A stretch of DNA of 64,000 bases from a bacterium (GCA_021813945.1 JAKAJD010000001.1:270742-334741); one strand, 5' to 3'. Shown: positions 54,815 through 64,000, counted from the stretch's first letter. A program made the numbers and translations. Notes: a model not told the origin generated them from the letters alone.

Positions 54815-56037
54815 GCAAAACCAATTTAAAAGACCATCGCGAAATTGGCCGCGAGCTGGAACTTTTTTTCACCGACGATATTGCTCCAGGCGCACCATTT
54901 TGGCTCCCAAACGGGATGGTGATTTTTAAGGAGCTTGAAAAATTCATCCGCGAATTAACTCTTGGCGCCGGCTATCAGGAAACATCAACTCCAATAATGG
55001 TCAAATCCGATCTTTTCAAACAATCCGGCCATTGGACAAAGTTTGGTGAACATAACATGTACAACCTTATACTTTCAGACGAAGAGGACGATAAAAAACC
55101 GGTCAGTTATACCTTAAAACCCATGAACTGCCCGGAATCGACAATCCTTTACCGCTTTAGAAATAGAAGTTACCGCGAGCTTCCACTTAGGTTTTCAGAA
55201 GTCGGACGTCTTCACAGAAGGGAAAAGTCCGGCGAAGTCCACGGACTTTTACGCGTACGCCAACTTACGATGGACGATGCCCATATCTTTGCCCAAGAGG
55301 AAAAAATCGAAGAGGAAGTCGGAAATATCCTGGACACAATGGTTGCTTTCTACAATATCTTCAACTTCGACTTTGAATTTAAGCTTGCTACACGCCCGGA
55401 AGAAAGGGCAGGTAAGGACAGTGATTGGGATAAGGCAGAAAAAACATTGGAAGATGTCCTTAAGCAGAAAAAGCTTAAATATTCGGCAAAAGATAGGGAC
55501 GGAGCTTTTTACGGGCCAAAAATTGACCTTCACATTAAGGATTCGCAAGGTCGTGAGTGGCAGCTGGCAACAGTCCAAATAGACTTTCATATGCCTCAAG
55601 CCTTCGATCTTAAATATACCGACGAAAAAGGGGAGCCTAAACGCCCGGTCATGGTCCATCGCGCAATCTTCGGATCATTCGAGCGCTTTTTGGCAATTCT
55701 AACCGAACAATATCAGGGTTCGTTCCCTCTTTGGCTTTCTCCAGTACAAGTGGCAATCCTGCCAATTACCGACGGTCAAATCAAATATTGCCGTGAGGCA
55801 GAAAAGGAACTAAAGAATGCCAGTATCCGCACCCAGCTTTACGAAAAAAACGAAACACTGCAAGCAAAAATCCGCGAGGCAACACTGTTAAAAATTCCTT
55901 ATCTTGTGATAGTCGGCCCTAAAGAAGTCGAAGCCAAAAAACTTAGCATCAGGACAAGGGATGGCAAAGATTTGGGCCAAGCCGACCTTCAAGAATTCAA
56001 AGAGAAAATTTTAGCCGATATTGCCACCAAAGCGTGA
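54811..56037 (+). CDS. thrS: Threonine--tRNA ligase, catalytic core + anticodon-binding domain only (no N-terminal TGS/editing domains)
   Basis: Starts 'MSKTNLKDHREIGRELELFF...', the usual start of the ThrRS class II core. 408 aa versus about 640 for a full bacterial ThrRS. Confidence 0.85.
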   Translation: MSKTNLKDHREIGRELELFFTDDIAPGAPFWLPNGMVIFKELEKFIRELTLGAGYQETSTPIMVKSDLFKQSGHWTKFGEHNMYNLILSDEEDDKKPVSYTLKPMNCPESTILYRFRNRSYRELPLRFSEVGRLHRREKSGEVHGLLRVRQLTMDDAHIFAQEEKIEEEVGNILDTMVAFYNIFNFDFEFKLATRPEERAGKDSDWDKAEKTLEDVLKQKKLKYSAKDRDGAFYGPKIDLHIKDSQGREWQLATVQIDFHMPQAFDLKYTDEKGEPKRPVMVHRAIFGSFERFLAILTEQYQGSFPLWLSPVQVAILPITDGQIKYCREAEKELKNASIRTQLYEKNETLQAKIREATLLKIPYLVIVGPKEVEAKKLSIRTRDGKDLGQADLQEFKEKILADIATKA

Positions 56038-56114
56038 ATCATGGTAATATCCGCAAAGATTTGTAAAAAATCAGGAGGTCAACCGTAAACAGGTATTTCA
56101 AACTAAATCAGCAA

Positions 56115-56639
56115 ATCCAGGCAAAAGAAGTCCGTGTAATAGACGAAACTGGAAAACAAGTAGGAATTTTGCCACTTTCAGATGCCTTAAAAAAGGCGCA
56201 AGAAACTGAGCTTGATTTAGTAGAAATAGCACCGGAAGCCAAACCTCCAGTCGTCAAGATAATAGACTTTAAAAAGTTCCAATATCTTGAAGAGCAAAAG
56301 CGTAAAGAGGCCAGAAAGCATACAAAAGAAACGGATTTAAAAGAAGTCCGTTTTTCACCTTTTATTGGTGAACACGACATGGAAGTAGGCCTCAAACGCA
56401 CCCGCAAGTTCATAGCGGATGGCGATTTGGTAAAAATAAGCATAGTCTTCAAGGGGAGGCAAATGGCCCATACTGAATTTGGGCCCAAATTGCTGGATAA
56501 GATTATGCAGAGTCTAGGAGAAGGTACGCAAATCGAAAAACCGCCAAAGTTTGAAGGAAGAAGATTTGTAACCATTATTAGGGGAACAAAAAAAGTTAAA
56601 CAAGAAAATCATGAAACAGAAAACCAAAAAAGCAGCTAA
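56115..56639 (+). CDS. infC: Translation initiation factor IF-3 (non-AUG start)
   Basis: 'QAKEVRVIDETGKQVGILPLSDALKKAQETELDLVEIAPEAKPPVVKIIDF...' is the canonical IF3 N- and C-domain sequence. The frame is open from 56088 with no ATG/GTG. The in-frame ATC at 56115 or a TTG at 56169 are candidate starts. Confidence 0.65.
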   Translation: MQAKEVRVIDETGKQVGILPLSDALKKAQETELDLVEIAPEAKPPVVKIIDFKKFQYLEEQKRKEARKHTKETDLKEVRFSPFIGEHDMEVGLKRTRKFIADGDLVKISIVFKGRQMAHTEFGPKLLDKIMQSLGEGTQIEKPPKFEGRRFVTIIRGTKKVKQENHETENQKSS

Positions 56640-56805
56640 AAAAAGGTTCAAAGTAACCGGAACAGGTAAAGTTTTAAGAGGCCGTCAAATGGCAGGTCAT
56701 TTAAAATCAGCCAAAAGCAAAAGTGCCAGGACTAGGTACAAAAAGGTTGCCTATGTTGCCAAAGTCGAACAAAAAAACATCGAAAGGCTACTTCTTGTCA
56801 AATGA
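56611..56805 (+). CDS. rpmI: 50S ribosomal protein L35
   Basis: 'KTKKAAKKRFKVTGTGKVLR'. Confidence 0.85.
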   Translation: MKQKTKKAAKKRFKVTGTGKVLRGRQMAGHLKSAKSKSARTRYKKVAYVAKVEQKNIERLLLVK

Positions 56806-57143
56806 GAATTAAAAGAGGAGTAACTTCCAAAAGACGTCATCGAAAAATCCTCAAAGCCGCTAAAGGCTTTAGGGGTGGCAGATCCACACTTATTAAAGAA
56901 GCCAGAACCGCCACAATTCACGCCGGAGCAGATGCCTACCGTGGCAGACGCCAGAAAAAACGCGACAACAGGTCGCTTTGGATCACCCGGATAAATGCGG
57001 CTCTTTCGGTGCACAATGTTTCCTATAACGTTTTCATAAATTCGCTCAAAAAGAAAAATGTCGAACTGGACAGAAAAGTCCTTTCCCAAATTGCAGCAGA
57101 AGACCCCAAGGCCTTCGAAGAGTTAGTCAAAAAAGTAGCCTAA
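56802..57143 (+). CDS. rplT: 50S ribosomal protein L20
   Basis: 'MRIKRGVTSKRRHRKILKAAKGFRGGRS'. ATGA overlap with rpmI. Confidence 0.9.
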   Translation: MRIKRGVTSKRRHRKILKAAKGFRGGRSTLIKEARTATIHAGADAYRGRRQKKRDNRSLWITRINAALSVHNVSYNVFINSLKKKNVELDRKVLSQIAAEDPKAFEELVKKVA

Positions 57144-57155
57144 GTTCAAAATCCC

Positions 57156-57875
57156 ATGTCTTTCGAAACCCTAAGAGCTGTGGCAATGGCCAGAAGAGAT
57201 GCGTTTAAAGAACAACAAGGGAAAACCGTCTCTCATTACGAAACCGCCAGGAGCATAGGTGATTACGAATCCCGTTTACCCAAAATCGACGGTAAGGGCT
57301 TCGTCGAATGTCTTACTGAACTCGGAAAAAGGAAGCCTAACTTTAGAGCACTTGATATCGGCTGCGGTCAAGGTGTTGCCCTTACCCAAATAGCCGGGGA
57401 ATATCCACAAAGTTCACTTTCTGGAATATCAGCCAGAGATTTTCGTGAAGACCTAGAAGACCCCGGGGTCGAGGAGTTTACAAGAGAACACATAAGATAT
57501 CTTGTTGAAGATGCCCAAAATCTAAATAGAGTATTTAGAGGAGATAAATTTGATCTGATAATCTCTACATGGTGTTTTTACTATTTGGCAGACCCAATGA
57601 ATACCCTAAGGCATGCTTATAGCTTATTAGAAGACAACGGCTTTCTTTTGGTACACCACACAGGAATCTGGTTAGATAAGCAAGAAGCAGAGAAGCTACA
57701 AGAATTTTGGGGAAAGCAAGGCATTGAGGCCAACATACCCGACCCAACTAATGCATCAAGCATCAGCGTTGCACTCAGAAAAACCCGTAATTGCAAACTT
57801 CCAATGCCATTTTTCTATACAGACCACTGCACTGCTATTCCTACTGAGGCCATAAGCTCGGACTCTCATCGTTAA
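57156..57875 (+). CDS. Class I SAM-dependent methyltransferase inserted in the thrS-pheT operon (paralog of 28854..29762)
   Basis: Motif I 'ALDIGCGQGVALTQIAG'. It shares 'GISARD', 'DKFDLIIS', 'YSLLEDNG' and 'KLPMPF' blocks with ORF 28854. Confidence 0.65.
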   Translation: MSFETLRAVAMARRDAFKEQQGKTVSHYETARSIGDYESRLPKIDGKGFVECLTELGKRKPNFRALDIGCGQGVALTQIAGEYPQSSLSGISARDFREDLEDPGVEEFTREHIRYLVEDAQNLNRVFRGDKFDLIISTWCFYYLADPMNTLRHAYSLLEDNGFLLVHHTGIWLDKQEAEKLQEFWGKQGIEANIPDPTNASSISVALRKTRNCKLPMPFFYTDHCTAIPTEAISSDSHR

Positions 57876-58079
57876 AACCGGGACCCAAAATTCTCCGTCT
57901 GTCAAGTAATTGACTTAGCTATTTCCACTTGTTATATTTCGCGTACCTCTCGTTCCAAGAGCTTTTTTCTTCCAACGAGAGGTATTTTTGTGGCCTAAAG
58001 GACAGGCCTTAACATTTGGTCTGTCCAAGAAAAAGACCTACCCTTAACTTTGCCTTCTCTATTTCTGTATAATCACACC

Positions 58080-59099
58080 ATGGACAATATAAAAAAGTTA
58101 AGGGAAGAAGCGGAAACCAAAATCCTGTCAGCCCAAAACCTAGAAGATTTAAACAAACTTTACATTGAAATTTTTGGCAAAAATTCGGCTCTTGCTAACC
58201 TAACCAAAAATCTTTCTTCACTTCCACCAGAAAGTCGCCGCCAGGCAGGTGCCAATATAAACCAAGCCAAGCAGGACCTGGAAAAACTTTACCAAACTAA
58301 ACGGGTCTCACTTGTCACTAACCGCAAATCCACACAAATCGATGTCACGGCTCCTGGGAAAAAACAACAGCTCGGCCATCTTCACCTTGTTTCTCAAGCA
58401 ATAGAGGAAATTGTCGAAATATTTTCAAAACTGGGGTTTTCGCTGCAAAGCTACCCGGAAGTTGATTGGGATTGGTACGCTTTCGAAGCACTCAACATGC
58501 CCAAAGGCCACCCTGCCAGAGACGACTGGGAAACCTTTTTCGTCGATGCTCCACAAAACCCAAAATATGGCCGCCAAGTTTTAACGCCTCACACCTCAAA
58601 CGGCCAGGTTAGGGAAATGGAAGCGGTTAAAACACCGCCTATTAGAATGATCAACATTTCGCGCTGTTACCGTAGGCAAATCGACGTTTCGCACACACCT
58701 ATGTTTCACCAGTTTGAAGGCCTTTTGGTCGATAAAAAAGTTTCCATAACCGACCTTAAAGGAACTTTTGATTTTTTTACAAAAACATTTTTTGGGCCAA
58801 ACAGGATAACGCGCCTAAGACCACACCATTTCCGCTTTACCGAACCGTCCTTCGAAGTTGACGTAACCTGCGGTGTCTGCGCTGGCCGTGGATGCAGACT
58901 TTGCAAAGAAGGCTGGTTGGAACTAGGAGGATCCGGTATGGTACATCCAAAGGTTTTGGAAGCCGGAAAAATTGACCCTAAAACCTACACCGGCTTTGCA
59001 TTTGGATGGGGAATCGAACGCACAATCGCTATGAAAACAGAATTACCAGACATCCGCCTTTTATACCAAAACGACATTAGGTTCCTGGAACAATTCTAG
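58080..59099 (+). CDS. pheS: Phenylalanine--tRNA ligase alpha subunit
   Basis: Class II motifs 'FRFTEPSFEVD' and 'GFAFGWGIERTIAM'. ATG at 58080. TATAAT lies 9 nt upstream, so the mRNA may be leaderless. Confidence 0.9.
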   Translation: MDNIKKLREEAETKILSAQNLEDLNKLYIEIFGKNSALANLTKNLSSLPPESRRQAGANINQAKQDLEKLYQTKRVSLVTNRKSTQIDVTAPGKKQQLGHLHLVSQAIEEIVEIFSKLGFSLQSYPEVDWDWYAFEALNMPKGHPARDDWETFFVDAPQNPKYGRQVLTPHTSNGQVREMEAVKTPPIRMINISRCYRRQIDVSHTPMFHQFEGLLVDKKVSITDLKGTFDFFTKTFFGPNRITRLRPHHFRFTEPSFEVDVTCGVCAGRGCRLCKEGWLELGGSGMVHPKVLEAGKIDPKTYTGFAFGWGIERTIAMKTELPDIRLLYQNDIRFLEQF

Positions 59100-59102
59100 T
59101 CT

Positions 59103-61136
59103 ATGAATATAAAAATACCGGTTTCCTGGCTTCGTGAATATCTAAAAACCGATGCCGCTGCAAAAACTATAGCAAGGGAACTTTCTCTCGCAGGCCCCTC
59201 CGTTGAAAGAACCGAAAAACGTGGTGAAGATTATATTTTCGATATCGAAGTAACCACCAATCGCCCGGACGCTTTTTCCGTTTTTGGTATCGCCCGCGAA
59301 GCAAATGCCATTCTAAACTTTGTCGGGAACAAATCAAAACTGCAACCACCTGTAGGGATGGATTTAAATTTGGAACCGGACACAAAAGAAAAATTAGCAC
59401 TGGATGTAAAAGTCGCAAACCCAATCCTTTGCCCGAGATTCACTGCAATTATCCTTTCTAACATCAAAATTGGCCCATCACCGGCTTACATTAAAAACCG
59501 CTTGGAAGCAGTTGGCATCCGCGCCATAAACAACATTGTCGACATAACAAACTACATAATGATGGAGACAGGCAACCCTATGCATGCTTTTGACTACGAC
59601 AAAATCTTAGGCGCCAAAATGGTTTTGCGGGCATCAAAAACTGGTGAAAAGCTGACAACCTTAGATGGTAAAAACTATAACCTTCCAGAAGGATCAATCG
59701 TCATAGAAGACCAAAAGCGGCTTATAGACCTTTGCGGCATTATGGGCGGCGAAAATTCCCAAATTACCCGTCGAACTAAACGTGCCATCTTTTTTGTTCA
59801 AGCTTATGATCCCAAAACAATACGCCGCACGACTCAAACTTTGGCAGTCAGAACGGAAGCCGCAGCCCGTTTTGAAAAAGGAATCGATCTGGAAAACATA
59901 TTGCCTGTGCTTTCCCGCGCGGTTTATTTAGCCAAAAAAAACGCCGGTGCACAAATCGCATCGGAACTTGTCGATATCTACCCAAAAAAACAGGTCTCCA
60001 AAACTGTTACCTTAAATTCTGTTAAGCTAGACAAGTATTTAGGGATTAAAATTGAGCCTTCCAAAGCAGCCCAAATCCTCAGGCTTTTAGGCTTTAAGGT
60101 AGAAACTGATATCGCAAGATTAACGGCTGTTGCACCTGCCTGGCGAGCGCAAGACATAAAAGAAGATGTTGATTTGATAGAAGAAATAGCCCGTATCTAC
60201 GGCTATCATAATCTTCCCTCAACGTTGCCGGAAGGCCAAATACCCCAAAGACCCGATGGCATCTTAAAAGATGTTATTGCTCTAAAAAACTCACTTAAAG
60301 TCTTAGGCTTAACAGAAGCAATGTCTTATTCAATTATTTCCAAAGCTATGCTCAACGGATCCCAAGTTGACCCAAAAGACGCGGTCGAACTTCAAAACCC
60401 TCTCACCGAAGAGTGGCAATTCATGCGTCCTTCACTTATACCCTCTTTAGTAGACGTAGTCGCCAAAAACCAAAATCTCAAACAAGATATTGCCATATTT
60501 GAAATCGCAAAAACCTACATAAAGAGAAAGGACGCTCTTCCACAGCAAGACCTGTGGCTAACCATCGTCAAAACAGGCAATGACTTTTATGAAATAAAGG
60601 GTTTAACCGAAAACATTTTACAAATTTTAAAAAGAAATGTCACGTTCCAAAAAGAAACGAGGGAAAATAGGATTTTTCAAAAAGACGAATCAGCAATCGT
60701 TAATGTGGAAGGACAAGAAGTTGGCACGCTAGGTCTATTAAGCCATACTCTAACTGACTCATTTGGCATAAATATCCAACTATTATCCCTTGAGCTAAAT
60801 TTAACCAAGGTTTTTGGCTTAAAAACCACACAAAAAGGCTTCAAACCTCTTTCGAAATATCCGCCTCAAATAGAGGACATTTCCGCGATTTTTGCAACGC
60901 AAACACCAGTCACCATGATAACAGAAGAAATTAAAAAAGCTTCCCATCTGGTAAAAAATGTTGAAGTTACGGATATTTTTGAAAGCGAGAAAATCGGCAA
61001 AGGCAAAAAATCGATAACACTCCGGATAACCTATCAGAAATCCACAGGAACACCCGAAACAGAAGAAGTCCGTGAAGCCAGGGACAAAATCATCAAAATG
61101 CTCCAAAAAGAATTCCTGGCGCAAGTTAGAGTTTAG
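59103..61136 (+). CDS. pheT: Phenylalanine--tRNA ligase beta subunit (short, 677 aa)
   Basis: 'MNIKIPVSWLREYLKTD' N-terminus. B3/4 region 'FDIEVTTNRPDAFSVFGIAREA'. C-terminal FDX-ACB-like end. Confidence 0.9.
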   Translation: MNIKIPVSWLREYLKTDAAAKTIARELSLAGPSVERTEKRGEDYIFDIEVTTNRPDAFSVFGIAREANAILNFVGNKSKLQPPVGMDLNLEPDTKEKLALDVKVANPILCPRFTAIILSNIKIGPSPAYIKNRLEAVGIRAINNIVDITNYIMMETGNPMHAFDYDKILGAKMVLRASKTGEKLTTLDGKNYNLPEGSIVIEDQKRLIDLCGIMGGENSQITRRTKRAIFFVQAYDPKTIRRTTQTLAVRTEAAARFEKGIDLENILPVLSRAVYLAKKNAGAQIASELVDIYPKKQVSKTVTLNSVKLDKYLGIKIEPSKAAQILRLLGFKVETDIARLTAVAPAWRAQDIKEDVDLIEEIARIYGYHNLPSTLPEGQIPQRPDGILKDVIALKNSLKVLGLTEAMSYSIISKAMLNGSQVDPKDAVELQNPLTEEWQFMRPSLIPSLVDVVAKNQNLKQDIAIFEIAKTYIKRKDALPQQDLWLTIVKTGNDFYEIKGLTENILQILKRNVTFQKETRENRIFQKDESAIVNVEGQEVGTLGLLSHTLTDSFGINIQLLSLELNLTKVFGLKTTQKGFKPLSKYPPQIEDISAIFATQTPVTMITEEIKKASHLVKNVEVTDIFESEKIGKGKKSITLRITYQKSTGTPETEEVREARDKIIKMLQKEFLAQVRV

Positions 61137-61177
61137 CTTGCAATTTGCCAAATTTTTGTGTTTAATGCAAACCTAAA

Positions 61178-61615
61178 ATGGAAAGGCCAACCCCCGAACA
61201 GATTGCCGCGCGCGCAAAAGCTATGCTCGCATATTTATCCGGTATCCAAGAGAAAAATTACGATGTGAGAACAGCCGCAATAGGAGACTCTCGGGATCAT
61301 CCGAATAATCCTCTTATCGAATTTGCGCTCTCCCGGCAGGAAGGAAAAACCCTTCCGGACGATGTAAGAAAAATCTTCCCGGTTCCGAGGGAAAGACAAC
61401 AACACGCCAGGCGATACGAAGCTACTCTTGTCCTGCCGGCAGACCCGAAAGGCACTACGGTTATTTTATTTCTTAAGCCTATAGTTGGCAACCACTCCGA
61501 AGATTCTATGTCTTACGCTCTTGCCCTTCACGCAGCCGCAAGCCAAATGGATTGGGTTAAATCAAAACTCGAAGCCAGAAAAAAGCCACCGCAAACCCAG
61601 CCTGTATTGCCATAA
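61178..61615 (+). CDS. Hypothetical protein
   Basis: 145 aa, GC-rich, no motif. Confidence 0.35.
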   Translation: MERPTPEQIAARAKAMLAYLSGIQEKNYDVRTAAIGDSRDHPNNPLIEFALSRQEGKTLPDDVRKIFPVPRERQQHARRYEATLVLPADPKGTTVILFLKPIVGNHSEDSMSYALALHAAASQMDWVKSKLEARKKPPQTQPVLP

Positions 61616-61644
61616 ACAAAACTCATATTCTATAATCCCCACCT

Positions 61645-62742
61645 ATGACGCCGGAAATACAAACTGTAGCCATAATTGGCAGAGAAGGCGACTGGGGCAG
61701 AAGAACTGACCGGCTTTATGAAGAAGCCGGCTTCCAAAATAGGATTGGTTCGGATATAAAAACCCCGGATTCATTACCTGTAGAAGAAGTCATAAGACGT
61801 GCCGATATTGTTCATTTTAGTCTGCCGCCTACAGAAATCCCTGTAGTTATAAGAAGCTTAGGTATCCAAGCTTTTCTGGGCAAAAAGGTTATCGACAACG
61901 CTGGAGAAAAAGACCCTTTAATCGAAATATACAAGCGCTTGGATAGAATCGGCGTGAGTGTATGCTCAACACATCCAAACTGCATCCCGACACAGCCGCT
62001 CATAAACCAGACACTAATGGTAATGGAAGTAGGCCAAAATTTCGGCCCTGCAACATCAGTTGCAGTCGATATCCACGAAAAAGCAGGAATGATTCCGGTA
62101 CGCCTGCCTATCGAAGATCATGACTTATACATGGATATTAACCAATACTTGCCTCATCTTATTAATAGGGCTCACGCAGAAACCTTAATCGCGCTGGCAG
62201 AAAAATATGGAATCGACTTGCAAGTCGCCGAGAGGCTTTCGACCGTCAACTCAACCCTTTCCAGGCTTGCCATGTGGAGAACGGAAGTCCTCAAACCGGA
62301 AATTTCAGCCCAAATCCTTAGGCTTGATAACCCAAGGCGAGGGGATATAGCCCTAACCTTAACAGGAATCATCGGAGAAATTTCCCAAACAGCAAGCCCT
62401 GAAATCCTGGCTGATCGTTTCGCCAAGACGAAAAAACAGCATGATCCAACAGGAGAAATAAGTGCTGCAAAACTAGCCGAAACGACAGCTATTATGGAGG
62501 AAATAGCAAATCTCGGAGCAGAATCTGTAACTGTAATAATTCCGGAAGATAAAGCTGGTGCTTTAAGAGAAATTCTAAAACCGTTCGCCGATGAAGGTAT
62601 CAATCTTGGTGCAATCAGGTCACATACACAAAATGGCTCTGTCGAATTCCGGCTTGGAATAAAAGATATTCACAGGGACCCTCAACTCTTAGATCAACTG
62701 GCCAAGGAAATTGCCGCAAACGGCGCAACACTCATACCCTAA
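61645..62742 (+). CDS. Prephenate/arogenate dehydrogenase-like protein with C-terminal ACT domain
   Basis: N-terminal Rossmann-like 'VAIIGREGDWG'. C-terminal ACT-like 'VTVIIPEDKAGALREILKPFADEGINLGAIRS'. Confidence 0.4.
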   Translation: MTPEIQTVAIIGREGDWGRRTDRLYEEAGFQNRIGSDIKTPDSLPVEEVIRRADIVHFSLPPTEIPVVIRSLGIQAFLGKKVIDNAGEKDPLIEIYKRLDRIGVSVCSTHPNCIPTQPLINQTLMVMEVGQNFGPATSVAVDIHEKAGMIPVRLPIEDHDLYMDINQYLPHLINRAHAETLIALAEKYGIDLQVAERLSTVNSTLSRLAMWRTEVLKPEISAQILRLDNPRRGDIALTLTGIIGEISQTASPEILADRFAKTKKQHDPTGEISAAKLAETTAIMEEIANLGAESVTVIIPEDKAGALREILKPFADEGINLGAIRSHTQNGSVEFRLGIKDIHRDPQLLDQLAKEIAANGATLIP

Positions 62743-62767
62743 AAATCTCATGTTAGAATAATTACTC

Positions 62768-63277
62768 ATGAATGAATTCGAACCCCAAAGTGAAGCTTTA
62801 AAGAAATTCGATATTGCCGTTTTTGCCCACAAACGAGCGGCCGAGCAAGTAGAGGCGGTACTCTCACCATCACCGCAGGAGGCCCAGTTCATAGCCGCAA
62901 CTTACGTTTTTTACCGACTACAGGCAGATCTAGAGGCAAGAATCTATCATGCCGTTTTATCTGAACATGATACCGAAATTGCACCCTACGAAACCGATCT
63001 CGAACTTGCTGATGTGGAAGCAATGAAATTAGCACTGGACGAGGCGAAAAACGGTCGCTACGAGCAGGTAAGGCAATACCTGCAAGGACAGCAAGATTGC
63101 CTCCATCCCGAGCAAAAAGATAATCAATTTTCAAAAAGCTTGGAAAGAATGCTTCCCTTGGTCTCCGGCCCAGGTGCCCCTTTTCATGAGCCAAAACTAC
63201 CACATCAAGATCCGGAAATTCGTAATGCATACCAAGAACATCAAATGTCCCATCTCCCGGAAGAGTTACCAGCATAA
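62768..63277 (+). CDS. Hypothetical protein (ambiguous strand; antisense ORF 62889..63275 also open)
   Basis: 169 aa. GC-rich, so both strands are open. Confidence 0.3.
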   Translation: MNEFEPQSEALKKFDIAVFAHKRAAEQVEAVLSPSPQEAQFIAATYVFYRLQADLEARIYHAVLSEHDTEIAPYETDLELADVEAMKLALDEAKNGRYEQVRQYLQGQQDCLHPEQKDNQFSKSLERMLPLVSGPGAPFHEPKLPHQDPEIRNAYQEHQMSHLPEELPA

Positions 63278-63314
63278 GCTATGAGCCTTTGCCAAAACCA
63301 AGCCCTGGGGCAAA

Positions 63315-63677
63315 TTGACACCACAAACAAATAGGCGTATTCTTCAATCGATGCTTAAATTTTTAGAAAAGTCCCCAGCATCAACAACCGGCTTCCTGTC
63401 AGCAGCCGGAACAGTCATATATTGCGGCCTTATTGCGTTATTTTTCAACTTCATGAATAAATCCGCTGGCCGCCCAGGCTTTTTTGGATTTTTTCTAATC
63501 CTTCTTCTTTTGGTATTTTCTGCAGCCATAACCGGAACTTTAGTCTTTGGATTTCCGGCTTATCTGGCTGTAGTCAAAAATAAAATCAAAGAAGCAATAA
63601 CTACGCTGGCCTTCACCCTCCTTTACATATTGGGGATAATCATAATCAGCGCCTTTTTAATTATTCTGTTCACCTAA
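63315..63677 (+). CDS. Small membrane protein
   Basis: 120 aa, 3 predicted TM helices. Confidence 0.45.
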   Translation: MTPQTNRRILQSMLKFLEKSPASTTGFLSAAGTVIYCGLIALFFNFMNKSAGRPGFFGFFLILLLLVFSAAITGTLVFGFPAYLAVVKNKIKEAITTLAFTLLYILGIIIISAFLIILFT

Positions 63678-64000
63678 ACCACAGGCATAAATCTTGCATA
63701 TTTTTTCAATCCGTCATATAATACTTGATCCGGTGAATCAACTAGTTTGATTCCAATTAACAACTAAAGAGTGATGCTAGAACTGTCCCGCCTTTTCTAA
63801 GAAAGGATGGGATAAGCGCCCACAATCCTGGGCAAATGAAATTTCTTGTATCCCGGTAGATACAAGAAGTCCGAAAGGAACTCTGCAGCTGTAATCAAAC
63901 AGCGATGGAGATTTCATGAAGCATCCGACAACCCGGAATTCTATCGACGGGTGCCAAGGAAGCATTTTTTCTTCGTACCCCAGCCGTTTTCGGTTTGGGG

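Noticed and set aside
63777-63965. 62-aa ORF on the minus strand at the window end; RNase P, tmRNA or SRP assignment of this region
   Set aside because: The ORF has no RBS or motif. The RNA resemblances are short and out of canonical order, so no specific RNA family is called.
1-64000. Search for a CRISPR array, rRNA, integrase/transposase or prophage structural genes
   Set aside because: No regularly spaced direct repeats of 25-40 bp were seen. No rRNA-like conserved strings, no tyrosine or serine recombinase or DDE transposase motifs, and no capsid, terminase or portal-like ORFs were recognised.

Overview
The window is 64 kb of low-GC, tightly packed bacterial chromosome. Gene sizes, truncated core enzymes and scattered tRNAs suggest a small-genome lineage of the Patescibacteria/CPR kind; this is inference from composition and gene content only.

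I found 14 tRNA genes in five small clusters. The translation operon thrS-infC-rpmI-rplT-pheS-pheT occupies about 54.8-61.1 kb and is interrupted by a methyltransferase gene. Many genes concern the cell envelope: two paralogous GT39/ArnT-like membrane glycosyltransferases, MurT/GatD, a DD-carboxypeptidase, an O-acyltransferase, an RlpA-like protein, a glucosaminidase and a NodB deacetylase. Other recognisable loci are a nickel-SOD operon (sodN-orf-sodX), a DsbB/DsbA pair, a MacAB-like ABC exporter, fabD, pyrD, two NUDIX hydrolases and two paralogous SAM methyltransferases.

I found no rRNA, no CRISPR array and no integrase or transposase. Several short segments are visibly more GC-rich than the AT-rich background and carry unknown or accessory-type genes, some right next to tRNA genes. 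The main ones are 3.4-5.4 kb, 8.3-8.8 kb, 11.2-11.6 kb, 18.9-23.3 kb, 25.1-26.4 kb and 41.7-43.2 kb.

The two loci I rate most interesting are:
- 18.9-23.3 kb: a sulfotransferase / PRTase-like / N-extended GT1 / mini-kinase island.
- 11.6-17.1 kb: an ATP-grasp-retropepsin fusion with a 7TM partner, embedded in a peptidoglycan-remodelling operon.

I also flag a 19-bp perfect palindrome present twice near tRNA genes. All functional calls rest on motifs read by eye; no database search was run.
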